From Fimicolochytrium jonesii (lineage: Eukaryota), in NCBI RefSeq assembly GCF_025526975.1, contig NW_026515669.1, forward strand, positions 1,364,001 to 1,428,000: a stretch of DNA of 64,000 nt. The letters are read 5' to 3'. Under the pieces are notes generated by a model that saw only the letters and a list, made by a program, of their open reading frames with translations, was not told the origin of the DNA and ran no database searches. Below, in pieces: positions 1-12,320 of this stretch (positions within the stretch are counted from its first letter, which is position 1; each line of letters begins with the position of its first letter). The translations under genes and the position numbers were made by a program.

Positions 1-731
1 CGGCTATTGATGTCACGGGCATCACGAAGGAATTTCGGACGTCATTTAGTGTGTAGCGTGTAGCTGCGGGACGGGGAACTGATTTTAGGCATAGAATTTT
101 AATGTGGGTTGGGGGGGGACTCTTGGGACGCTGTACTATAATACCAGGGAGCATAGCATCTTCCCTTCTACCTTCTGTCGTTATCAATCATGCATTCACT
201 CGATTTCATCTCCAGACCTTGCTTCCATTTACGTTGGACGACTCACCCCCCTCACCCATCGAGTCGATTCTCCTTCCACAACCCGGCGCCCAGCCCTGTT
301 CGTTGTCGGAATAGAAACGTGTCCAAAGAATACGAGTTGCTGAGTCCACAGTCGCTGAATGAGCGTTATGACGCGAAATTGAAGAGTTTCACCGAGGACA
401 ATTTTGATTGGAAGTACAAAAGTAATGATGTAGTCATCTACCTCTAAACGAAGTGAATGGGTGGCAAGTGAGTGAAAAAAACCCTGGCAGCCGGCGATTA
501 CGCCGCGAGTGGTGCAATGGTGATATCTATCTGATATCTATCTACAAACGCAGTCGCAGTGGTACAAAAAAGAATGTCTACAAGTATAAGGAGGGGTGTG
601 AATATGAGTACTTCGTATACGCCGAGATCGGCAAAAATCGGGGGCGGGAGAAAAATCGGGGTCGGGGATAAGAATACGCCGGATGGAGACGGAAAACAAA
701 TTGGACGGAAGGTGGAATGGTGCAAGGGGTC

Positions 732-2815
732 TCATGCCGTCGGAGGTGGTTGCTGTGAGAGTCTTTCCGAAGGAGGTGGGTTGAAGACCCTAGGAGGGGG
801 TATAACGCGGAGGCTGTTCGGACGGGTTTCCGGGTTCTCCGCCGACGAGCCAGCGTCTGCGGTTTGGAAATCGGTGGAGGCTTCAGGTTCAGGGAAGGCG
901 ACCTTGCTGGCGGCAGTGGACACGCGCTGGCCCACGCCCGAAGAGCTAGTGGTGCTCCTCTTTGTCGAGGAAAGTCGGTTCATGTCCATCTTTGCGAGGC
1001 AGAGTTGGCTTGAATCGCGTTTGGACACCGTCATCAGGACCGACAATTTGTGAGAGGGCAGAGGTGTGAGCGCTGATGTCCGGATTTTGCTGGCTACTTC
1101 ATCCGGGAGTTGCACGCAGACGAGAGGGAATGCACCGGTTTCGCCGGTGGCTGCATTGGTGCCTAGACCCCATCCGTCGTCAAAGTTCTTCAACATCATG
1201 ATAGTGCTGCCAGCGTGAAGAGGAAGCTCGTCAGAGAGGGCGGGGACGTAGGGGTGGACGACGGTGACGGGGACATTCAGGAACTCCATGGGTTCTTCGT
1301 GGGAGAGGTTCATCTCCGCCGGGTCCGCCGGCGAAGGTTGTGGTGATGATGATGATGAGGGGGCTTTGACGAATGGAACGGTCATCTGCGGAGTCACTAC
1401 CGGTTCCTCCCAGGCTGCACGTGGCGCACCGCCGATACGATCAATAGGCGACTTTCTGGTATGACCTGGGAACGCAGGTACTGCCTGCGTCTGTTGCATT
1501 TGGGTCAAGAATCCAGGTGGTGCGGCGGGGCCAGAATAATCCGAGTTGTAAGCCATCGGAGGACCAGTGACGTTCGGAGACCACTGGGCTCGTCCTCGCG
1601 AGCTCACATTGTCCATGTTTGTTTCAATTCTAGGAAGTGGTGGCACGGGTGGTACAGTCTCCGTTTGGAAACCGTCCTCGACACCTGCATTGCTCGCGGA
1701 TTGACGGTCCAGTCTTCGTCGACGATGCTGACGGCGTTTGTAGATACAACATCCGAACCCGATGACAGCGATGAAGAGTAACACACCCAGCGCGATGGCA
1801 GCGATGCCAATCGGACTCAAGACTGAAACCTTCTTGGCATTCACGGATTTATCCGAGTCAATGAAGCTCGCGCCAGTTGCAAGAGCGTCCAGAAGATTCT
1901 TGCAACAGGCATCTCCCGTGTTGGCTTGGCACTCTTGTTGCGCCAAGGCGGCGCTGAAATAACCTATGAAAAGAAGGTGGATGAGCGGTCGATTTTGACA
2001 TATGGGCTTCCAGAACACCAACATACCACAGTTGTTGCTGGTCTCCCGTGGCACTCCTTTGAAGCAAGTGCTTTGGTCTTTCGAGCTTGCGAATGTGCAG
2101 TAATTGGGAATCGACGAGGTGAAAGCCGTGAACAGTCCGCCCAACAAATCGTCTCGTCTCTCCTTCAAGTTTACCGGTAACACCGTCTGACAAACGCTTG
2201 TATTGGTGAACACACCGTTCATGGTCATGAATGCTTTGTTGCATCGTTCGGCACAGAGCACTGTCGGATCGATACCGGTAGGTGCCGCAGCAGTTGGTTT
2301 ACACTTTCCGCTAAGTAGAGTTTGTGCTACCAGTCCACTGCACCACACGGAGATCTGATATCTACAATTTCAAAGACAGTTAGTGAGGGTGCATTAGACC
2401 ATTTTCATGAGGAGGGGTTATCGGAGTCTTACCTGTTATGCTGCACGGCTCCGTTAAGCAGATTGAGGTCTCCTGAACAAGCAAAGTTCTGCGGTGCAGT
2501 AGATATTTTCTTTGCTAGACCATCGCCGGTGTAACCCAAAATCGCAGCATTGAGGGCTGTTCGTCAAAAGTCATGACATATCAAAACGTTAGATGGTGGT
2601 CGCTCTTGGCGTGATACTTCTATTTGCAAAAAGGCTGGCCCCATACCTGCCACCGAGTCGATGCCGGAAGTCTTCGGAACGGGATAGCCAACGAAAGCTG
2701 GTCCGCAAATCGAATCAGCGTCCAAGTACAAACAAGCAGTCGTCGCATTCGCTTGCGCGGCGACTTGCTTGATCAGCCAGAGTGCCGTAAGACCCTTCAC
2801 CGCCTGAGTCTTCAT
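732..2815 (-). CDS. Single-pass membrane protein: signal peptide, Cys-rich ectodomain, TM helix, cytoplasmic SH3 domain (multi-exon)
   Basis: ATG at 2815 (MKTQAVKGLTALWLIKQVAAQ) splices via GT-AG introns into ORF 732..2348. TM segment IGIAAIALGVLLFIAVIGFGCCIYKRR. SH3 signature VVHPYVPALSDELPLHAGSTIMMLKNFDDGWGLG...GAFPLVCV. Confidence 0.85.
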
Positions 2816-4062
2816 TTTGAGCGTCAACTTCGTGAAATGCCACGAGTGCTCACTGACGGCGTCGACTTCTGTGCCCGAAACGGTTCAGCAAGTTGCGAAG
2901 GTTCCTCTTCAACGTCCTTCTTTCGGCTCTCTCCGTTGCTTGATGAGAGTGTGGCAATCCCTGCGCCCCTCCGCTATAGTCTGGACCCAGCGAGTTCGAC
3001 GGCCTGACTCTTGGGCCTCTGAACTTCGCTGATATCTGTGACACATGAGCAGGCCGAAATTATGATCCGATTTGCGGTCTATTGTATTACTAGCTGGATC
3101 CACCGTCGCAAGTTCCCGGGACTCTGGGACAGTTGGACTATAATTCATGGTGGCTGGCGCTGGCTGAGGCTGGGGGAACGACATGATCTTCTCAAAGTCG
3201 CAGAGAGAGCCGCCCGCCAGCCCCTAAGTCGTACAACGACCGCTGCATCAAGTGCAACCAATCCGCATTGGGAAACAAGGGATCTCCGGACCTCGCCGTC
3301 GCAGCTGGGGCTTGGCTTCTTCGCTTTTGTCTTCAGAGACCAACGGCACCAGCGGTTTCAACGGGATCCGCCCATTTTGCGTACGTTGTGGGCAGCGGTA
3401 TAGCCCACGGGTACTACAAGGGTGCATATGGGCGCCTGGTAAGCGGAGCCTTTACCGAAAATGGTCGGCTCGGTGTCTCCGTACAGCGACATGCACGTTG
3501 TGTCTGTTGTATTCATCCAACCCTAACTCTGCAAGTCCATGTTTTTCACGGCGTTCAACTCTTTGACCAGCCCCAAAGTTCAAACACCACAAGACAACCC
3601 CGCAACGCACATACAGTACGTCCTGTACAGTACACAGCCCGCTAAAAGAGATCAGGGAACGAGCGACGCTCGATAGATCGCATCTATACTCCCCGCACTG
3701 AATGCAGTGATAATCCCAAGTCGTACGCTGATGGTAAGCCACTGTGGCCTTTGTACATCAACTCTACCAAATTCTCTAACGCTACTTACAGTATAGGCTA
3801 GAGACCACCCTTACAACCGACGAAACTCGACAGCCCTACCACACTGAAATATCCCCCCTGAATTAGGCGATTACTGGGCTGTACGTAGCAGGGCAATGGC
3901 GACGATTATGGAGGCCCGGTCCCTTTCTCACAACTTTTGCATGTCTTCCCATCGGTATGCAGACGGACAGAAAACGGGTTTGAACCCAACGACGGTCAAC
4001 TTGAAATAAGGCGAGACGGTTCGCGGGTATAACCCCAGCTTTTTGCGAACGGAGACGTAGCC

Positions 4063-6870
4063 ATGGCCGATCCGCATTACCAACAGCAGATGGGGAACGG
4101 CGCCCGACCAGTGAATGCCCAAAATTATTCCAACTTCTCGGATGATGAGGACGATGAACATCGAGTGGTCGAAACAGATCCGACCAGACGCTTTGAGCGG
4201 TATACACAATGTCTAGGAAGGGGAGCATACAAAGAAGTCTTCAAAGGATTTGATACGGAGGAGGGGGTCGAAATCGCTTGGAATCAGTTACGGGTCGATC
4301 ACCTCTTGAAGCGTGAGGCCCATAGGGTTATGGATGAGATCCAAATCTTGCAAAGTCTGAGGAACGAGAACATTATCGTAAGTGTCTACGTTATTCCAGC
4401 ACTGATTACAATGAAGGCTACCTTTCGCCAAAAGCCCGCATCTCATAATGTTGCGATCCCAGAATCTGTATCACTCGTGGATTGCAAGAGGCCATGACGG
4501 GAAGGAGAAAGTCTACTTTATCACGGAATTGATGACTTCTGGAACTTTGAAGAACTACATCAAGAAGTCGAAAGGACCCGTAAAGCCAAAAGTTCTGAAA
4601 AGCTGGTGCAAGCAGATCCTTTCAGGCCTGGACTATCTGCATTCCCGGGAACCCCCAATTATTCATAGGTAACGTCGCAACTATGTGAACATCTCTATTT
4701 AATTTTTCGTCTCACGCATCTCGTTCATCAGGGACTTGAAATGCGAAAATGTCTTCATCAATGGGAATAATGGGCAGGCAAAGATTGGGGATTTGGGATT
4801 AGCTGTAGTCAAGTCCAGAGATCACGTATCCTCTGTTCTTGGCACTCCGGAATTCATGGCACCGGAACTGTACGATGAGAGCTACGATGAAAAAGTCGAT
4901 ATTTACGCATTTGGAATGGTATGTACTCACAAGGACGTGGACTCGGTACGAAAAGCAGCACCTGAATATATTTTTTCGCAAATCAGATGGTCCTGGAGAT
5001 TGTCACCAAACAATACCCATACAGCGAGTTGACGAATCAGGCTCAGATATATAAAAAGGTGACATCGGGGATAAAACCCGCTGGCCTTGCAACAATAGCG
5101 GATGACGACACCAGGCAATTCATCGACCTCTGCATATCATACAACCCGCGGGATCGTCCGACTGCAGCACAGCTTTTGACGCATCCGTTCGTGGCGTCTG
5201 TAGGGCCCGGGAGTCAGGGTGGAAGCGGAATCGATATAATGGTGTTGGAAAATCGGGTGGGAGTGGTCCCGGTTTTGGAGCATCGTGACAGTATCACGAC
5301 AACGTCTTCCATGGAGAGTCCTGGGGCCACAGATACAGGCGCTGTGGCTAGCAGCTCGATAGAAAGTCGGTCGGGCCAGACTGCTCTTCCTCCCGGAATT
5401 GTGGAAGCGGTGCAAGTGGATGCGGCGTCCCACACGTACACCATCCACAAGCGTGGGATTTTACCTACCTCCACCGCGGCGCACCATTCTCCGAGCTCGG
5501 CTACGCCACACATGGCGTCCACATCTGGAACATTGTGCTCCGTCGAAGTGATCGAGCGCCTGTCGAACGGGCAAGTGGTCGTGAAGATGATATATGGACA
5601 TTCGAGCCGCCCAACGCAGGAAATCAAGTTTCCGTTCACGTTCGGAGAGGATACCGCGGGTGAGGTGGTGGAGGAGATGGTCAAGGAGGGTATCATCTCC
5701 TTCGAGGACCGGACGCTTGCCACGGAACGTTTGGCAGCGGCTGTGAAGGTTGCTGCAGGTGGCAGCAGTACCACGAGTCTGGAGGCAGGACGGAGCGGAG
5801 ACGCGTACCTTGGTGTCGCTGCAAGTCCACCATCCAGTCCTGCGACGTTCCCGCGATATAAGGCACCCGATACAGCCGATCTTACACGGGCGGTTTCGCT
5901 GCCAAGGTCGCGGGATCCCGGTCACCTCAATCCGTCCCCGCACGGATCCTCCATCGACCTTTCCGCGCTATCTGCAGCCTTTCCGATGGATGTGCTGGTG
6001 ATGGCTCCGACAAATGGAATGCATGTTGAAGCCGTCGCACCCAATCCTGCCGCGCAACCAGCAGTGACCGCGCGTGGATCGGTTATTCCTGGGCGGACGG
6101 ATTCGTTACGGCATGTGCCAGTGGGCATCACAAGGGCGGACTCTGCGCCGCAAGCATCACCAACAACGGGGGGCCCCTTGCAAAGTTCGCCGTTAACCCG
6201 GATGGCAGGGTTAGAAAGGGCATCGACCGCTATGTCCCATCCGATCGATCCTGAGCTGCAACGGAAGCTGTTGGAGCTGCAAGAGCTGAACCTCCGCGGG
6301 TTTGGGACATCCGCCACCACGTTACCGCGAAATCCATCATCGAATGGGCTTCTCAGCATTGCGCAACCGGGGACCTTCCCACGGACGGCTTCGCAACAGC
6401 AGCCAAATACGCATTCGCCAGGCAAGACCCAGCCAGGGGCACCGTCCCTTAGCTTGGGCCAGATGCATCATCAGCACCAGCAGCAGCAGCAGCAATACCA
6501 GCAACAAGCACATCCACCGCAGCAACATCAAAGCGCCACCATCCACCAACAACACCTCCAACGACCGCCGGGCGGGTCACCCGAGGGCCGTCCAGGCCTA
6601 TCGCCCTCCTCCTCCACAACAACCGCATTCTCCGAGCATCGCCACGAATCTGACCCAACGGCATCACGACCGAGCACGTTTGCAACACTGCCGCGGTCGA
6701 GTCCGAAACGGGTTCCTGAGGCTGTAGCGTTGTGCACGCTGAACCGTCCCTCTCCGCCAAGGCAAACGCAAAGCACGCAGGATGTCGTTCGGGCCGTGGA
6801 CATTCCAACGCCGATCTCATGTTCGCTGCCGTCTAGTAATGGGGGAGGTGCCTTCAACCTCATGGATTAG
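4063..6870 (+). CDS. WNK: WNK (With-No-lysine) Ser/Thr kinase; exons 4063-4377, 4463-4668, 4732-4918, 4987-6870
   Basis: [11 protein letters not shown] (Lys in the Gly-rich loop), EIAWNQ replacing [67 protein letters not shown]. Three canonical introns restore the frame. CCT-like segment ([22 protein letters not shown]) and Q/P-rich tail. Confidence 0.95.
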
Positions 6871-7916
6871 TGCGGATGGATTCCTGATGCTCTTGTCTGC
6901 AACATGTATCGTCGTGTGATGCACACGAAGGATTGGCATCACAGTGATCGTTGGACTGCTACCATCCTTCATATGCCTATCGCCGGCATCCACCACATTA
7001 TTTTCAGGTATATATAGTTCAAACGACTCTGGCTCCTTCACGCGGTTTACCAAAAACCGCCCATGTACATTTGTATTTAGAACCCCTACGTAGCTACGTT
7101 ACGAATAGAAAGACGCTGGTTTCGACAGCTGTTGCCATGCAACTAGCTTGAGCCTGAATAGACATGCGCATCCGATTCAAAACCCACTGCGGTATCTTTG
7201 TCCAGATTTTGCTTTGAAACGATCTGCCATCTCGGATGCTGTCGATAGCGGTCCTCTCGCTTTTGGCAACAACTTTCGCATGCAATGCCATGCGCTCGTA
7301 ATAACGACATTTTTTTTCTCTCATTCCGAATATGCGGGCCCGCGGCCGGGACGTAGGTTGTTGCCTTTAGCGGGGTCTGCGCACGTTCACCCTCCACTCC
7401 GCCGGCAACTCATATGTGCGAAGTTGATGCTTGGTGTTGAAGATCTACAACCAATTCATAATTGCACTACTCAACAACGATTAACGAGGAGACGGGAAAG
7501 TGTGAAGATCCCCAGGTTTTCTTGCCTTCCCACGCGCTTGGCAATGATGCAGCGCTGTGACGCCTGCCAGACTGGAATCGCGCGAGCGCCTCCTTTTCCC
7601 ACCTGCTTGCCCTGTGCCTCCCTCCATCTCACCTTACTCATGTTACTGCCTGCCGGACAGACCGTTGACACTCTAACACATATTCGCCATACTGCTTTTC
7701 ACTCACGGTGTATCACGCAAACCCAACCCGACCATATCGCAGCTGCTAGTGGTGTCAAGAAAAGAGTTCATAAAGTCCCGCTCGACGGCCTCTCCAACAA
7801 CGAACTCGGAACCCAATACTTGCGCCGCATTAACTCTCATCAAGTGAGGAGAGGCGCAACGTTCCGAGCTCTCCCTGTCCACAAACAATGCACCTCGCTG
7901 CGTTTCGCAGAACGAC

Positions 7917-9159
7917 ATGAACCCCTACATTAGGAAGCCAAACCCAGCTTACAGTAAACCGAACGCAACAGGAATCCCGCCGGCGGACGAACAAATCATC
8001 TCGGAGATCCTCTCCACGGAGAACTTTTACATACGGCTAGGCGTAGCAAGAGACGCACCAACGGAGCTCGTTAGGAGGGCATATCTGCGACGTAGCAAGG
8101 TGGGTGCTTGAATGGGGACTGAAAAGTGGAAGTGTCAAACGGGTTTTGACAGTTGCGTCAACAGGTGTGTCATCCCGATAGACAGAGCCACCCGCTCGCC
8201 AAGGAAGCTTGTAAGTTCACTTTGCTTTTGCTTCGCTCTGGCATATATATCCGAGACGGAACTCTTGCTCACATACGTCTCTTTCTTCCAGTTCAGCGTA
8301 TGTGTCGAGAGAGCGATAGTTGACCGGATGGGTTTCCTGTCATGAAGGACAACCACTCACGGCCGTTTCATTATGCAGGTCTGAACGACGCTTATTCCAC
8401 GATATCCGACCCAAACCATCGCCGGCAATATGATATGTATGTGACAACGAGCTTTCCGCACGGGTGATTTCACTGTGCTCTATGCTCAAAGGTGTACGTT
8501 TCTTTCTGCCTTAGGTACGGGAAACGAGTTAACGGTTCAGAACAAACATTTGCCGGTGAGCTATGAGAGATGAAAGAGTGATGTCGGTGGGAGCTCCTTA
8601 CTAACGGATATTATTCAGACGCCTTGCAACAAGTCATTGATGAGTTCTTGGAGGGGCACTATGATACTCTGATGAGCATCATTGATCACATCCAAAGGTA
8701 TGTGATCGAGCCCGCTTTGCTCTTACGGACCTGACGAGCTGGGCTAACCTGGATTGTCATCATAGTTTAAATCCTGAATTAAGAATCAGCAAGGAAGGCG
8801 CCAGGTAAACGTCGTTTGGTTAGACGTTTCCGGAAGCAAACCTTCCATGCTGACTCGTCGTCCCTGCTTATTGCAGACACGTCCTATCATCAATGCGAGA
8901 CTTCTGCCTCTGGAGCGGCAAGTGCTGGAGCGCACTGAAGTTCGAAATCATTACGCTTTATGAGATCCACTCCGACATTCAATCCCTTTCGTACTTCGAT
9001 GTGCGCGGGCGCCTTTGCAAGGCCGCAAGGTTATCGAAGGGGCTTATTTCTCTAATGGCCAAAATCGTTCCAGTGGGTGGATACCTGATTGAAGCCCAGA
9101 TACCCATGGTTGAGCGAGTGGAAGTATATCTCTTCAGCAGCACCACTGTCTGCAGGTAG
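7917..9159 (+). CDS. DnaJ/Hsp40 J-domain protein, about 8 exons including a 6-nt microexon
   Basis: Spliced reading NFYIRLGVARDAPTELVRRAYLRRSK-VCHPDR...KEAFQRLNDAYSTISDPNHRRQYD contains the HPD motif and J-domain helices; last exon is ORF 8893..9159. Confidence 0.88.
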
Positions 9160-9670
9160 TCTGCTTATTAGTTTTCCCCATCCTCATATTATCGCCGGTT
9201 GGTTGCATACCCAGCTCTTTTCCTTCATTCGGCGCCCTTCTTAGCATGCTTTTCTTGTATATTTTGTCAAATTGAGCGTGAGCAACCTTGCATCTTCACA
9301 CGTCTTGTTTTGTAGTCTTTCCTCGTCTTCACTCGCGCGTCAGTTTCCCCACGCACATCGTCCTTTTCGGACATTCGGCACAGGCACTCCATTTGCGTCT
9401 GGTTTTCCTGCCCTCAAACAAAACGCTTCCAACGCTCCTTCTTTACCCAAATTCCTCTTTGAACCTATTCCTTCACAGCCAAGGTTTGTCTGTCACTGCA
9501 TCGTCTCGGTACAGGTAGCTTGCACTGCCTAGATCCCACAGTATCACCGCCTCCTGATATTTCTTTCCCACCAGCATTTGCAATTCCAACCAAAAGACCC
9601 GTCGACCATTCCATTTTCAGCTCCTCGCCGTTCCCAAGGAGCTCCATATATCCCTCCCCTATACCGTACG

Positions 9671-11320
9671 ATGACCTCTGACCAAATGCCGTCCGAGCCC
9701 ACTACTGGCGACGCCGAGCTTCAAGGAACCACTGCGTCTGAGACTGGAAAAGCGTCCGTGGAAAGCGACAGTACCAAGCGGCCAACGTCGGCAGGCGCCA
9801 TCGCTAGCAGCAGCAAGTTTGACTATGTTTTCGACGATGCTGAGAACTCAGACGAGGCCGAGGGGTTTGAACACGATGACATACCTTCTGTTGCCGATGC
9901 ATTGGGGATGATTGACGAGGCGGAGGGTCTCTTCAAGCAGAAGAACTATGAGGGTGCCGCGGAGTTGTCAAGCACTGCTGTGGCTACTTTGTAAGTATTG
10001 ACTGTGCGTTGCTTCTTGTCTTGTCGAAGCTGAGCGGAGCGTCCGCAATGTCTGTCTGTCTGTCTGTCTGTCTGTCTGGGAATATCGCGTCAACAAACTA
10101 ACAATCGACTTTTTCTATTCAGGTCAGCCACGTATGGAGACGGCGCTCCAGAATGCGCTGCGGCTCTACAGCTGTATGGCATGGCACTCTATCACGTCGC
10201 TGCGGAACGAGGCTCAATCTTCGCCGGGAAGGAGGAGCCAACTGTGCTGGATCCAGAAGCTGCCGAGGCGGCTGCCGCAGGTACTGGATGCGTTCATGTT
10301 TCCTGTACCGTTTCCCGACGCCGAGTGATATTCAAAATGGTCCACTTTAGCTCTGGCCGAGATGATGAAGAAAGGCGCCAGCCGATTCGTGTTCCAGGGC
10401 GATGGGGACGATGAAGTTCTCACATCGGAAGAGACGCCAAAGGGAAACGCCACCAATAGTGCGAGTGGCAGCTCAAGCAAAGCAGGTCCATCTGCAAGTA
10501 CCGATGTCGGAGCCGATGATGCCGACAACATTGACGACCTGGAACTGGCCTACGAAATTCTCACAGTTGCTGCAACTGCCTACCTGGCATCTCCTTCTGA
10601 CGACAACATGCCGAAGCTGGCTGAGGTGTATTTGTACCTGGGCCACTACCACCTGGAAAACGGTATTATTTTGCTGTAGGGAGATTACAATAGTTCTTCA
10701 CTGACTGACGTTCTCCGACAGACCGTCCGGAAGAAGCGAGCGCTGAGTATGCCAAGTGTTTGGACCTCAAGCTGCACCATCTCAACTCCAGCCCTACCCG
10801 CACTCGCGAAATCGCCGCAGCTCGATACTTCTACAGCATCACACTTGAAGCAACAGGAAAGTACGATAGCGCGCGAGAACAAGTCCAGTTATCCATCGAA
10901 GCCGTACAAGAACGATTGGACGCTTTGAAACAGACGATGACCAACGGAGGCGTGCAGGCGGCGGGAAGCGATAAAGGCAAGGACAAGGCATCGTCCTCTG
11001 CGCATCTATCAGAAGTATCACCGGCAGAGGAGATTCAGGAACTCTCGGAATTGAAGCTGGATCTCGAAGCGAAATCGGAGGAGCTTGCCAACAAAAAAGC
11101 TCAGCTTGCCGAGGCATCCGCCATCCTCCGCTCAAATTTGGAAGGCGAATCGTCGTCGTCAGCCCCCAAGGCGGATGGAGCATCTACTCGCCCTGCATCG
11201 TCGGGTCCTGTGACAGATATCAGCAGCCTCGTCAAGAAGAGGAAAGCTAGTCCCGCAAGCACGCAAGATGCTGATGTATCCAAGAAATTGAAGACAGAAG
11301 AAACAACCGGCGAGAAATAG
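9671..11320 (+). CDS. NASP/Sim3/Hif1-type histone chaperone (SHNi-TPR), multi-exon
   Basis: TPR helices interrupted by an acidic region, DDLELAYEIL and LAEVYLYLGHYHLEN motifs, C-terminal DISSLVKKRK NLS-like motif typical of the family. Confidence 0.85.
10049..10078 (+). repeat. (TGTC)7 microsatellite in an intron
   Basis: tgtctgtctgtc... read directly inside the first intron of the NASP-like gene. Confidence 0.95.
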
Positions 11321-11609
11321 GAGAGGCCTATGGTTAATGACATAGCAGAGTCGCTTCCGGCAGAACTAGCATCGTTATTGTTTTAAGTATGTAGGACGAA
11401 CTACCGCAACGAAGCTGGGTGAGGGGTGTTTCAACCAGTAGCGTCCGCGTTCGTACACTTCGAAAGCGCTTGGTACTGGCACCGTAAATATTATCCCGGC
11501 TACTCTTTACTATTTTGGACGGTAAAAAGTCACGGTATTACCATCCGGTTTACTCTCGTTTTGAGACGGCATTGGTGGAGTGGCAGGACAAAGTGCTGTA
11601 CAGTACGCG

Positions 11610-12320
11610 TCGCGAACGCGTCGGCTTACGTTATGCCCATGTCCGCCACTTCCAGAACAACGTTCGCAAACACAAACCGTTGGATCGGGTAGACCTAGCA
11701 CTGTGTTGCCATCTAACCGTATCCCCAACTCAACGACTTTTCTGCTGATGTCACCGCTAACGCCCTCCCCTAATAGATCTTCGTTACACCCAATATGAGG
11801 AACGACCGTCATGACTCAAGCATTGACTATGATGGCGGATGTACTGAGTACTGGCTCGGAAGCCTTCTTAACAAAACAACTCCAACAACGACCGCACGTT
11901 CATTGTCCCCAGCTTCGACAAGAGGGAGACGTACTCCGACACTAACACCATCTAAACCGTTCTCCTTGGTGGTTGCTCTCAAGAATTTGAAGATTACCAC
12001 CGACACGACCGTTTCCACACACACACTACACCACCCTCCGCACCGTGCAGGCCAACTGGGTATAGGCTCCCTTGGCCGTCAAAACACAGACCCCAATGTG
12101 TCCAACCTCATCAAGTTCGTCGCGGAGTCTACCGGCTACACTAACCTCAACTTGACCGTTGCCGATCTCCCTGTCTTGAACATTTTCCATTAACATAGCG
12201 TGAGTCAAGACAGGGACGTATTCTGTTCAGTGGCCTTATGGTAGCCAGGCGCAGAAATTCTGATACCATTGCCGAGTCCTTGTGTTATATATTCCGGTGC
12301 CAGCGCGGGTTCATGCCCAA
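11610..12320 (+). pseudogene. Decayed fungal acid phosphatase (phosphoesterase family)
   Basis: Fragments across frames in correct order: NVRKHKPL, DFSADVTANALP**IFVTPNMRNDRHDSSIDY, TFIVPSFDKRETYSDTNTI*TVLLGG, HYTTLRTVQANW/GIGSLGR. In-frame stops at 11771-11776 and several frameshifts. Ends approximate. Confidence 0.75.

Noticed and set aside
7148..7933. 261-aa ORF between WNK and the J-domain gene
   Set aside because: TTG start, no domain signal, composition of non-coding DNA.
11771..11776. RIP-like mutation (CAA to TAA, TGG to TAG) in the pseudogene
   Set aside because: Only two inferred events and no ancestral copy to compare; ordinary transitions explain them.
12040..12110. GIGSLGR read as a GH28 polygalacturonase GHG.SIGSLG motif
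   Set aside because: Flanking frames fit the phosphoesterase W...SLGR motif far better, and no NTD, DD or RIK motifs are present.
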